This document shows positions 47,301 to 59,500 of a stretch of 64,000 bases of DNA, piece after piece (position 1 is the first letter of the stretch; each line of letters opens with the position of its first letter). Source of the stretch: Marsupella aquatica (taxonomy: Eukaryota > Plantae > Marchantiophyta); NCBI GenBank assembly GCA_973895155.1, contig OZ316895.1:20536803-20600802 (forward strand), written 5' to 3'. The notes below the pieces were generated by a model. It had not been told where the DNA came from, searched no databases, and saw nothing but the letters and a program-made list of their open reading frames with translations. The position numbers were made by a program, and so were the translations under genes.

Positions 47301-48259
47301 CCTCCGTTGTCTCATCGGTTTCCAATCTTGGCCCAACACTAATTTTGAGGTCGTTACTGTGCTGTGTGGCCGACTGGGTATAAGAGGCATCCAAGACTTA
47401 TGGTCTACTGAACGGAATGAATGGCGCAATTTCTATGAGCAGCTAGAACACCTCCGAGGCTTCACCTTGTTTGAGAAAGCTTGCTGCAGGGAGTTCTTAC
47501 GGAAGGTCAGCGCAATAGATGGTTGCATGATGAGCTATGTCACTGGTCCCCGGTGCTGGAGATGGGCTGACAGGCCTGATCCTATTAATAGATTCAGGAT
47601 CTCTAATCTGAGGGCGTACATGCTGCTTCGCCCCCTGGTCCGAGACTACGAAAGCCTGAATCGTACATGGGGTAGCACAAAAACAGAAGATGAATGGAAT
47701 GCAGGTTGGAATGGATTGTGGCGCTCTGATTTGTCCTCCCGTGCTAAGATGTTTATTTGGAGGATATTGGCTTCAGGTCTCTATACCGGGGTGCGAGCCA
47801 GGCGCATTGACAAAGGAGAAGGGTACTGTAAACTGTGCAGTGGAAAAGTAGAAACTATCCCCCATCTTTTCTCCCAATGTACTCATGCCAAGAGATGTTG
47901 GTCATTAGCTGCAGCGTGTTTCTCAGGTACCTTAATTTACTGATTATGCGGATAGGATACTTGAGCTGTTGCTTCTCACTGCTAAGGAAGACCCTGGCAC
48001 AATTGCGAAGTTATTTATGTTCTATCAGATTCTATGGTCCTTATGGCAGTGTAGGAATGCGCACATGTTTCAGGCCAATGGCTTTAGGACATTCGATCTT
48101 CGCTTTATTCTCTCAGAAGCTGCTGACCATGCATCGGCGGTGGGCCTATGTGTGCCCCCGAGTAGACGACATACACGATTGCTACGAGTGAAGGAGATAC
48201 TTATACAGGAAAGAATAGTTTGGTTGAATAGCCGACAGATCTGGATTACATCTCGATAG
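44341..48259 (+). pseudogene. LINE ORF2 (APE endonuclease, reverse transcriptase, zf-RVT)
   Basis: Motifs: IASWNVCGL, LALQE, IYAPN, GGDFN, SRLDRFY, SDHDPV; KAPGPDG, WRPLTMLN, KLDFEKAFDRV, GVRQGCPFSP, LFADD; GGLGL; CKLC..ETIPHLFSQC. Several frameshifts and stops. Confidence 0.93.
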
Positions 48260-49669
48260 GACTTTCTCTGACTAATGGGGTTCGCTGGTCTGGAGATCCC
48301 TATGTTTGAGATTGACAGCCTGGTCTCTGGGCTTTCATCACATGTTGTTGTTGCCGCACTCCCGGTGGGGTGGTTGATTGTGTGTTATGGGATCACTCTT
48401 TCTATTCTTCCTTGCCACGGGGTTTTCATGGTCACTATCTAATAAAATCATGAAAAAAACATTTCCAAGGAAAGGAAATGGAGAGTAACTATGGTAAGGT
48501 CTTTTTGCTTCTATTCTTTCCAATGAAAGGAAATGGAGAGTAACTATGCTAAGGTCAGGAAATCTTTTCAAAATCACCAAGTTCAAGGAATCTCTAAAAT
48601 GAAAGAATTGTTTTTATACCTGGCCCCTTTCACGAAAAGGGCTTCAATAGTATACTTAATTCAAGAGATCATAGTTTTTAGTTTATGAGTTAACATTCAT
48701 AATCTCTAATTTGAGGTTGACCTAAAGGTTGATGCCCTTTTAAGTATTGTTAGAAGGAGAGTTCAATCTTCTCAAATAAAATATCATTTGTATTGGAATA
48801 GGAGTATGTTGAGCCAAGCACAATTACCAAAGAATTTTTTGTAGAAGCTATTTGCGTAGAAGCTATCAATATTTTGATTTATTTGGCAAAATTTTCTTTT
48901 TCTAATACAATAAATCAGAATATCATTTGAACCGGCAAGCAAAATATCAACAACAACAAAAAAATGATGCATATGTTTTCACAACTATATAAAATAGTAC
49001 TAAATTTGATTCTACCTCCAAGAAATATATTTTTATTTGATATTATAGTGATGTGGAGGCCTACAGGCCGTGGGATTCTAATGTATGTAAGTTGTTTAGC
49101 ATGCTCATCCTAGAACATGCTTGATTTTTTGTCTTGTAGTGACTTGAAAGTAAATAAAATATGAGAGCATAACTAGAAGTATAAAATAATGTAAGTAAAG
49201 TGCCTACCAAGAAAAGCACAGTGACCAATGAAAAGTACAGTCAAGTTTTATGACATAACAATGTTACTATTTGTGCACTTAGTTCAATGTGCCTTATGAA
49301 TGATACCCATTTCAATAAAACCCATAAACTTAGGAAAGAAAGACACCAGGGGATCCCCTTGATAAGGCACATTGAAATAAAAATACATGACAAACGCAAA
49401 ATATCTGAATAAGACACAATTTGAAAGGTGGATTCACAATATAACAGCTTCAATATATTCAATATGGATGTATCTTTTAATGAATCCAAATTATTGAAGT
49501 AGAAAATGAAAGTCTCCAATACTTACAAAGATAAATATGCAATCCTAGATCTCGTTAAAGGAAAGATTGATCATAAATTACAGGATTTAGGGATTCTGCA
49601 AGAGTGTGTGAATCTACAAATTAATGAATGTGACAGCAATAGCGTTATTCAGATTGTGGCTAATCAGAT

Positions 49670-49969
49670 TGTTAGGGATTGACTCGAGTTCCCGACTATA
49701 GTTAGTTTGGCCTTACTAGGGTTAATTGACCCTTGGTTAGTTTAGGATAAGATCCACTTATTTAGGCCCACACATCTTAGTCCCCCTTGGGGGGTATAGG
49801 TTGGAGGGAGAGCATTCTCTGAGCCCTTATTCTTCACATGTTCAATCTCATGAGCTATGGATCCTTCAGGAGTTTCTCCATGATCGTGGTGTCTTGTTGG
49901 TGTAGTGTGAGATTGAGTGCTCTCATGTTCCGCATTGTTGTCTAGTCTGGAGCTGACGGTTTTCCTACA
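49670..49969. mobile_element. Solo LTR (300 bp)
   Basis: TGTTAGG...CCTACA flanked by CAGAT on both sides. Removing it restores the host RNase H reading ANQMTCSRVKH. Confidence 0.82.
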
Positions 49970-50260
49970 CAGATGACGTGTAGCAGGGTGAAGCATGGCA
50001 GGGTGAAGCACATTGATATCAAGTACTATTTTCTCACACAAGCAATGTTTGAGAAACAAATCATTGAGTTATTCAAGATTTATGGCAAACACAATCTGGA
50101 TGATATGTTGACCAACCTGATTCCACATAGTGATTTTACTAAACATTGTAAATCACTACAAATTTTAAAATGGACTAGTTTGTAACCTTGGAAGTTAGTT
50201 AGTTGGCTTATATTATATATATATTCTCTATCTAATGGATTGTCAACTACGACTTAATTC

Positions 50261-50592
50261 TGTTAAGGATTGCTCTTAGTCTTGTGACTCAAAGGTTACG
50301 ACACTTAGGCTAACCACAGTTAGGGTCTTAGCTGAGGTTAGGTTAGTTGTGTGTGACCTTGTATATACCAGGGCTAGTGTAAGCCGCTGGTGTGGTGTGC
50401 TTACTCATTGTAACGGAGTAACTTGAGGAAGAGGGAGAGCATGTGTGTTCGTCTACTCTTGAAGTAAAGCTTGAGTATTCGTGTGGATGTAGCCTTGGAG
50501 AAGAGGTGAACCACGTAAAGATTGTGTCGACTACGTGTGCATGGAATGAGTCATGGTTGTATGGTCGTTGCAAATGACGTCTTAGTTCAACA
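50261..50592 (+). repeat. 5' LTR (332 bp)
   Basis: Direct repeat of 61461-61791. Confidence 0.95.
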
Positions 50593-52413
50593 ATTGGTAT
50601 CAGAGCAAGCCTGGGAGGTGACGTTGAGGTGACGATAGGTTTTTTCGTGACGTGTTGGTGACGGTTTTTCCAGCGGTTAGTGTTGGTGGATTTCACGGAG
50701 TTCCTTCGCATGGAACTTGAGGTGTTGGGCTCATCGGATAGATCGGGGAAAAGGCTATCTAACAGTGCAAAGAAATCTCTGAACGGAGTTCGTGGTGCAG
50801 AGGAATTCACGTTTCCGTTGTTCTGGATTTTTTTATGATTCATGTTCAACGGTTTTCTTCGACGGTTCTTTTGGGGGGGACCTGAGATCATTTTCTTGAC
50901 GGTGTGAGCTTTGCGGTGCGCGAGACGTCACAACCTATAGCTCAAATCATAGATCAGGCGAAGCTGGTCATTTTGGTATCTGGTGTGGTGAAAAGGGTGA
51001 ACCAAATGTGACGGCACGAGTAACAGAGTCGTTTCTGGTTTTGTTTATGGCTATGGAGAAATAGCCTTGACTGAACCGGAGTTCTTGTTGTTGCGTCCGA
51101 CTCGGAGGAAGATTTATGAAGTGCTACGGCTTAAAGGAGAGATCACGGCAAGGCGGTCGTTTTGAGCACAGGATTGGCACTTGACGCGGAGCAAGCAAGT
51201 TGCAGCGAAGGTTTGTGCATCGCTGGACCTGCTGACACCAAGGAGGAAAAATCCGGAAACATTTTTTCTGTCGGTCGACACTTTTCTTGTTTGAAACGGC
51301 ATCGATTTAGTGAGTAACCCGGGATTTTTTTTATTTAAGCAAACTTGTGGGTTTAAAGGGGTTTTTTCACCCCTTATGTGTGTATACGCACACAGGGTCG
51401 ACCTCGTGCCCTCCCAACTGCCGCCTCCCTCTTCCCCCCTTCTCCCGGTCTCCAAGCTGCCGCGGCCGCGGCCCATGAAGTGCCGGCCGGCGCAGTAGCC
51501 ACCGTCGCGGCTCTCCCGCTCCCGTCACCGGAAGCCGCCCCGTCGCCGCCAGCCCGTCCGCCTTGACCCGGCCTCCCGTGTATTTTCTCCCTTCGGCAGC
51601 CGCTTCACGACTGCCTTGTGCCCTCCGACCCTGACTACGGCTGCATACGCCGCCGCCCCACATACGCTCGTCCTCGCCCCGCCATACGCCCTTCTCACGC
51701 CCGCATACACTGCCTGGCCTTGACCCCCGTGCATACACTGTCTGGCCCATCATGTGTATAGGCGACGCGGATGCGCCTTTTTTTATACTTGTATTTTTGC
51801 TAAAGGGGCTTAACACCCACTTTAGGCCCTTATTTTTTTTATTTTTCCCACTCCTCATTGGTTATGCCGCTTCTCGTGACCTGCCACCCTCCAAATTAAT
51901 TGCTTGGACAAGGGGAATGGCCCCCTGTGAGACCTGCCGCACAGTCCAAGGAATATTCCAAAAAAACAGAGAGCTGTTTTTTGGCATTTAGTCAAAGATT
52001 TCAAGGTCCAAACGGTAACTTTTTTCGGATCTTTTTTGGCGAGGACGTAGCCACTGAAGCTAGCAACGCGGTGCACCAATCGATTTGCATTTTTTATGAC
52101 GGGTGGTACTTGGAATTTTTGTTATTCCCTGGGGTGGTCAAAACGGGGGAGAATTTTTTGAATTTTACCCACCCCGACCGAAATGTGAAAAAGTTTTTCG
52201 TCGGAACTCGGTTTCGATGTCGGATTTTAGCATTGGCTTGCTAGGCTGGTGGGCTAAGTGGAGGTGACAAGATTCAAGTTTTTGGAAATTTGCAAAAAAC
52301 GACATTTTTTTGTGATTTGGATTTGAGTCAACGAGAAGGAAGGAAGGAAAAAGTAACAAAAGCATATAGGGAGCAACACAACAATAGCACGTGGAGAACT
52401 TTGGGAGAGCAAC

Positions 52414-55400
52414 GATGACATCCAAGTTTGGAGGTGTCAAGTTTGAGATGGAAAAGTATGATGGGTGCACGGATTATTTGTTATGGGAGAAGCAAGTTAA
52501 GGGAATTCTTTGTGCTATGGGCCTAGATCATCTGTTGTCGACTCGGGAGGAGTCTAGTAGTGAGGAGGAGATCCCGTTGAGGAAATGGAGGCAGGAGTAA
52601 GTGATAGCTGTGAATGCAGTTATGTTGTATCTGAAGCCGCATATCATTAAGAAGCTGAGCGATTACGAGGATTGCGTATCCTTATTCAAGGCCCTTAGAG
52701 AGAAGTACTATTATGAGGATGCCTCAGATCGATTGTACAAGAAATCTCTCTTGATGAGCTTGAGACTAAAAGAAGGAGGCAAGCTTCGAGATCACTTGGA
52801 TGAATTCGACAGCCTAGCTATAGATTTGTCAAATCTTGGCAAGGGAGTGGAAGATGAAGATAAGGCATTGCTTCTTCTCAACTCCTTACCCCCATCATAT
52901 CAAGGTTTGAAGCAGGTTCTCTTGTATAGAGACCTCAAAACCATTTCATATGATGAGGTGATAAGCTCTTTGTTGTCAGATGATGCATAGAAAAAACTAC
53001 GTCATGCCCAGACACCATCTTCATCTGGCAGTGCGTTGAATGTAAACCGCGGGAGGACTCAACAGCGGATGACTAGCAAAAATAGGTCCTTTTTACAATC
53101 ATATCCCTTACAAAATAGAGGCAAGGAGAAGGCTGGGTCTAAGTCTAGATCCAGGTCTAGAGAGAAATCTCTAGAAAGGAAACCGATTATATGCTGGAAA
53201 TGTAACAAGCCCGGCCACATGAAAAGAGATTATCGAGTCAAGCAGACTAATCAACCATCAGCAAACGCAGCCATTGATGTTCATATGATCGACTTGCTCG
53301 ATGATGAAATCTTGTGACGACAAGATGTTGCCCTTTGCAGTTCATCCAGAAATAGTGGTGATGAATGGATTTTGGATTGTGCCTGTACATATCATATAAC
53401 GTATAAATCAGAGTTTTTCAGTTCTTACTTGGTATCAAACGGTTCAGTGTTGATGGGGAATGATCACCCATGTCAAATTGCTGGAATTGGATCTGTGAAG
53501 ATTCAGATGTTTGATGGAGCTGTGCGAACAGTGAAAGATGTCAGACATATTCCTAACATGAAAAAGAACTTGATTTCGCTGGGAATGTTGGAAGCGAATG
53601 GTCATCAGTGAAGTTCTACTAATGGTGTACTTCAGGTGTCAATGAAAGGCAAAGTTGTCCTGAAGGGTAAGGGGCACAATAATCTCTATTTATTGGAGGG
53701 CAACGTAATCAAGGACGAAGTCAATGTAACCAGAACTCGTGAAGACATGACTTGATTGTGGCATTGTAGATTGGGACACATGAGTGAAAAAGGTTTGGCG
53801 GTCCTTTATAGAAAAGGACTTATTTCTAATTTGGAGTCATCTAAGTTAAACTTTTGTGAACATTGTGTGCTTGGGAAGCAGCATAGGAGAACCTTTGGTG
53901 TTGGAACTCACAATACCAAAGCTAGACTTGAGTATATACATAGTGATGTGTGGGGTCCAGCCCTCATTCCCTCACTTTCCGGAAAATTGTACTATGTCAC
54001 ATTCATTGATGATTACTCAAGGTATGTGTGGATCACATTTTTACATGCAAAGTCTGAGGTTTTTGGCACTTTTACGAAGTGGAAAGCCCAAATTGAGAAT
54101 CAGACTGGATCCAAGGTGAGATATCTGCGATCAGATAACGGCGAGGAGTATGGTTCAAGTGAATTTGAACAGTATTGTGCAGAGCAAGGGATTACTCGTC
54201 ATCTCACGACAGTTTATACTCCTCAACAGAATGGTGTTTCTGAGCGGCTGAACCGAACACTATTGGAGCGATCGAGGAGTATGTTGAGTCAATCAGGTTT
54301 ACCACATGAATTTTGGGCTGAAGCTATAAATACGGCAGCTTATTTGGTAAATCTTTCTCCTTCAAGTACAATCAATTTCAACACACCGTTTGAAATGAGG
54401 TATGGACGGCAAGCAGACTATCACGTTTTGAGAATCTTTGGAAGTGATACATATGCTCTCACACCTAAGCAAAATCAATCTAAACTAGATCCAACTTTCA
54501 AGAAGTGTATTTTTCTTGGTTATCAAAAGGATGTGAAAGGTTATAAGCTATGGGATCCAACAGCTTCCACGTTGCTTGTCAGTAGAGATGTATCCTTTAA
54601 TGAATCCCGATCATCAAAGGAGGGGGAGAATGCTCAGACTTCCTGTACTAACAAAGGTAAATTTCCTATCCTAGACCATGTTGAGGGGGAGATTGGTCAT
54701 GAGGTTTTTTATGACATAGTTGAAGGAGGTGCTCCAATAATGGAGCTGGTTCCGATGATGGAATAAGAGGAGCAGGTTGTTGTTAGAATACCTCAAAATC
54801 AACCAACTGAGCAAGATCAGTCAGAATCATTAGCTAGAAAATTAAGGCAAACTATTCGAGCTCGGTCCTACAAGGTATGGACAATGGACAGATTCATCAA
54901 GGTTAGATGATGCTGACATTGCACCTGATGATGATGACAAAATATTGATCTTGGAAGAAGGAGAACCATCTTCATTTCATGAGGCAAGCATTTCAGACGA
55001 GAAAGATGAATGGAATGCAGCAATGCAGAGGGAGTATCTTTAAGTGACAACAAAACATGGGAGCTGGTGCAACTGCCAAGTGATCAACAAGAGGTGGATA
55101 GACAGTGGATTTACAAGCTGAAGGAAAACTCTTCAGATGGAGGAGACAAGATATACAAGGCAAGGCTTGTTGCCAAAGGATTCACTCATGAGAAGGGAGT
55201 GGATTACAATGAGGTATTCTCTCCAGTTGCCAAGTATTCCATGATACGAATTTTGTGTCAACTTGTTGTGTTTTTTGATCTGGTGTTAGATCAAATAGAT
55301 GTTGTTACTGCTTTTCTCTATGGCACCTTGGAGGAACAAATTTTCATGAGGCAACCACTGGGCTTTGTGAAGAAGGGTCAAGAGAGTTTAGTTTGCAGGT

Positions 55401-56505
55401 TACTTAAGTCCTTGTATGGATTGAAGCAAGCTCCTCGACAGTGGAACAAGCGGTTTGATGATTTCATGCTTGCACAAGGATTCACTAGGATGGTGTATGA
55501 CCCTTGTGTGTATACGAAATCAGTCAAGAATGGTGTGTTTGGTTTGCTCATTCTAGTGCTCTATGTAGATGACATGTTGATTGCGACTAAGGATCAAACT
55601 GAGGTTGACAAACTCAAAGCAAAATTGAGTTCTGAATTCCGAATGAAGGATCTTGGGAAAGCCAAGAGGATTTTAGGTATGGAGATTATGAGGAACTTTG
55701 AAACTGGACAGTTCTGGCTGAATCAAGGCAAGTATGCTGAAAAGGTACTTGCAAGATTCAACATGGAAAATTGTAAGCCAGTAAGTATTCCTTTGGCTCC
55801 ACATTTCAAGTTATCATCGGCTTTCTGCCTCACGGATCCAGTGGAGAGAGGCTTGATGACTAAGGTTCCTTATGAGAAGGCAGTGGGCAGTCTAATGTAT
55901 TTGATGACATGTACCAGGCCTGATATAGCCCTAGCAATGGGCAAAGTGAGTAGATTCATGTCAAATCGAGGGAAGGTACATTGGGAGGCTGTGAAATGGA
56001 TTCTCAGGTATCTTAAGGGCACAATAGACTATGGTCTGTTGTTTGATAGTAGATCAAACAAAACCAAATCTTTGGTTGGCTATGTAGATTCTGACTACGG
56101 AGGCTGTCTGGAAACAAGGAGGTCAACGACTGGGTATGTGTTTACTCTTGGAGGAGGATGCATAAGTTGGAGATCTACCTTGCAGAAGTGTGTATCTCAG
56201 TCTACTACAGAAGCAAAATATGTTGCAGCAGCAGAAGCAGCAAAGGAAGCAATTTGGTTGGATAAGCTAGTCACTGAGATGGGATTGGAGCATGGAAAAA
56301 TTGTTCTTCATTGTGACAGCCAGAGTGCGATTCACCTAGCTATTAACCAGGTTATGGATAGCAGGGTGAAGCACATTGACATCAGGTACCATTTTATTAG
56401 GCAAGCAGTGTTTGATAAAATGTTTGAGCTAGTCAAGATTGATGGAAAGCTCAACCCAGCTGATGCTTTTACCAAAGTGATTCCTTTGGAGAGTTACTCA
56501 AGACA
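52414..56505 (+). pseudogene. Copia gag-pol with stops and frameshifts; the last codons are displaced to 61203-61242 by an insertion
   Basis: Motifs: FEMEKYDGCTDYLLW; CWKCNKPGHMKRD; WILDCACTYH; WHCRLGHMSEKG; IHSDVWGP; PQQNGVSER; LYVDDMLI; KHIDIRYHFIR. ESYSR|H continues after 61202 as HRATLQVLHLQHK*. Confidence 0.93.
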
Positions 56506-59500
56506 TGTGGTGCGTCCCATGGCTCCCTAAACCCAAGAACCCCTCTGCTCAAGCCGATTCCAGTAGGTTTCGCTCTTGGCGAGGCCAATTTCGCGGCTTA
56601 GCGGCAGGGGACGCTGCTAACTTTCTTCTACTACTATTACTATTAACATTTTACTCACATATACTGGACGGATCCTTCATCGGGTCTTGAGATACGTAGC
56701 CGGCCTCTTCTAGGCCTTCCCTTGTCCTCCTCTCTCGGTTTCTCTTTAGGTATGTTTGGATTCCGCCGCCGGAATGATCCCCAATTGGCTTAGATAAGCC
56801 GCTAAGACCTCTCTCAGCTCGACACATCCAACTCTTACTATCTTGCTTACTCCCTTCTTGGTCGATGTGGGCAATCTTCAAACAAGTTAATGCGACACAC
56901 AAATAGCAAAATGACTCCTTCTGACTGAGTTATATCATGCACTTGCCATACAAACAGTACTTCTCATACACAAGATCTGCGAACTAAGCCGTGAGGCCAA
57001 CTCTATTCATCTCTTAGGTATGAGGAAACATGAATATACACAAGGGTCACAGTATAACTAACCGAGAGCTTCTTTAACTACTTGATCCCAGCCCTGCTGG
57101 TGCACTAAAAACTTGCTAAGGAAGAAGGCCCTGAACTCCCCGCTGCCCAGGTACTTATCCTGGTAGTGGATCCGCCTAATTCCTTGCAGCGTAAGCCTAA
57201 TCTATCTAACTGTAATCTATCTATGTACAACGAGGCAGGAGCACAAGTGTTGCTCTTACCAGTGGATCCGCAATCCCACTAAGCTAAGTGTCAGGGCCGC
57301 CCCTTGGTCCTGATCCTAATTCTAAACTTGGAGATCTAAGCCCGCCCTGCCCACTCACGCCTCCTCCCTCCACATCCGCCCTCCTTAAAAGGAGCGGCCC
57401 CCCACCACCGTCATGGCAGCGGTGTTGGGTCCTCAATGGACGCCCCTAACACTTCCTCCGCAGCCACTACCGTAGGTCCATCCTCTAACAGATTACCTGC
57501 TCCTGACCGAGTCAACTCTCCATCGGCCTGACTGGGTCCACCCTCGGCTTCGGCCTTAGCATCGGCCACGGCCTCCCCAACATGTTCTAGTGATGGATCC
57601 CGTACCCCGGCTTCATTCCCGAGTATCCTGGCCCCGGCTTCATCATCCCCGCCTTCTAGGGCAGTTGGATCCTCTACCGTGACCTTGCCTGAGGTTGGTG
57701 TTGGGTTTACCTCCTTGGTCACGATGGCTTGAGGAGCCGTATTACTCCCTGACCCAGAAGGTTTCCGCTTCTTCTTCTTCTTTGGTTTGGCAGCTGGCCC
57801 CTTCCCCTTGCCACTTACCTCCGGCACCGGTGCGAGTATCTCGGCTTGTCCTTCGGCCAGTACTACACCAAGTAACTTGGTTGCCCCAATTGGAGTTGGT
57901 CTTGAGGAAGCCAAGCACTTAAATACTGTGGCCTATTTCTTCAGTCGCTCCGTTTGGTTGTCGGCTCGCCGCTGTAAGTTCTCCATCTTCCGCGTGCTTT
58001 CCTCCAACTCCTCCTGCAATTCATCCAGGTCCTTGCGCGCCTCCTTCCGCTCCTTCTGGGCTTCCTCCAATTCCTTCTTTAAGGTCGCCCTCTCCTCTTG
58101 GGTTGCTCTCAACTCCTTATCGAGCTCCGTAACGACCTCATTACCCCATTTTATTCATCTTGGCATAAGTCTGGTCGAGCTGGTCGTCTTTCTCGCGGAG
58201 GTCGGCCTTGAAGCTGGCCATCATGGATGCGAGCTCCTGCCGCAGCATGATAATTGTCTGATAGGATTTCCCTAACTCGGCCTCCTTCTGCTCAAGGGCT
58301 CCACGGATATCCTTGAGTTCCCCCTTCAGCGCCCTTTCCCTTCTCTGAGTTTCCGCCATGGCCCGATTGTTGGCTGCTATGTGGGCCTCCTCTGCGTCTC
58401 TCAGCTCTCGCTTCCACTTCTCTTTCTCCTTGATCGAATCGGCCAGATCACATTGGGTTCGAGTTAGTTTATCCTTGATAATCTGATTATCAGACTGCGC
58501 GGTATCCAATTGCCCTTGCATGATGTTGAGCTCATGCCACTTAATCCGCAGCTCATCTTGGGCTTTCTTGGACGCCTTTAGGTCTTCTACCTCGGCTTCC
58601 CTTGCCCTAAGCCGACGGATGACCTCGTCCTTCTTGCTTCTTTCCAAAGCCACCGCTTCTTCTAATCGGTGCTTCTCCAACATTTCCCTCTGGAAAAAAG
58701 GTCCCTGCTCCAATTCCTCCCCAAAGATGCAGAGCGCAAGTTCCCCACACATCTCCCAGTACTCCATGGCTCGTTCTTTAGCATAGGCGGAGTGAGCAGA
58801 AGTCATCGGCATCATCCACCACGGCCTTTGTTCCCAGACAGCCTTGTGAATTTCTTCTATCGTGGCTGGCAGGCTGCTTCGTTTTTCCGCAAGCCGCCGG
58901 ATGTCCTCTGGCCATTCTCCTCCTAGTAAATCCTTCTCCCTTGCCAGGGCTGCCTCCTCCTCCTCCCTGCGTCATTCTTGAAACTCCTGTGCCGTCTATT
59001 TTATGCCGTCAAAACTCGGGGGAGCGACATCTGGTGGGGGAGACTCGGGGCTGCTCTGCTGGGTCGGGTCCCCTCGAACTACTCTTGGAAGAGTGGGAAT
59101 GAACCTGCCACAGGTCCTTGTTCCTAGAACATGATGGTCCGACCCGTAGCCGGAGTCATCATTGTCGTAGCCTTCTACCGCCTCCTCCCCGGCTTGGACT
59201 AGGGGCTCCCCCCGCTGCTGTCCTGGTCCTGCCGTGAACACAACCCCACAGATCACGGGTCCTGGTTCTTCCGGCTTCCACGTTGATCTCATCTTCTCCC
59301 TGTCGTGACCAGGGGCCTCGGGCTGCTTCTCCTCGGCTTCGGGACTTGAAGCTCCTACATACATTTGGACTCCCGGCTCGTGTTCCGGCCTCCTTCTCTC
59401 CTTGGCCCCGGTAAAGGGGTTTTCCTTGGTAAGTTGGCTAAGGCCAACTTCGGAAGCAGTATTCTGTGCTGGCCCCATTGCCGTTGCCGTTCTCCTTTCT

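Larger units (their letters stand above)
41502..48470 (+). mobile_element. L1-clade LINE, full-length but degenerate
   Basis: ORF1 plus ORF2; AATAAA at 48441 followed by A7. AAAGGAAATGGAGAGTA occurs on both flanks (41485-41501, 48471-48487) as a probable TSD, ambiguous because the host site is itself a short tandem repeat. Confidence 0.88.
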
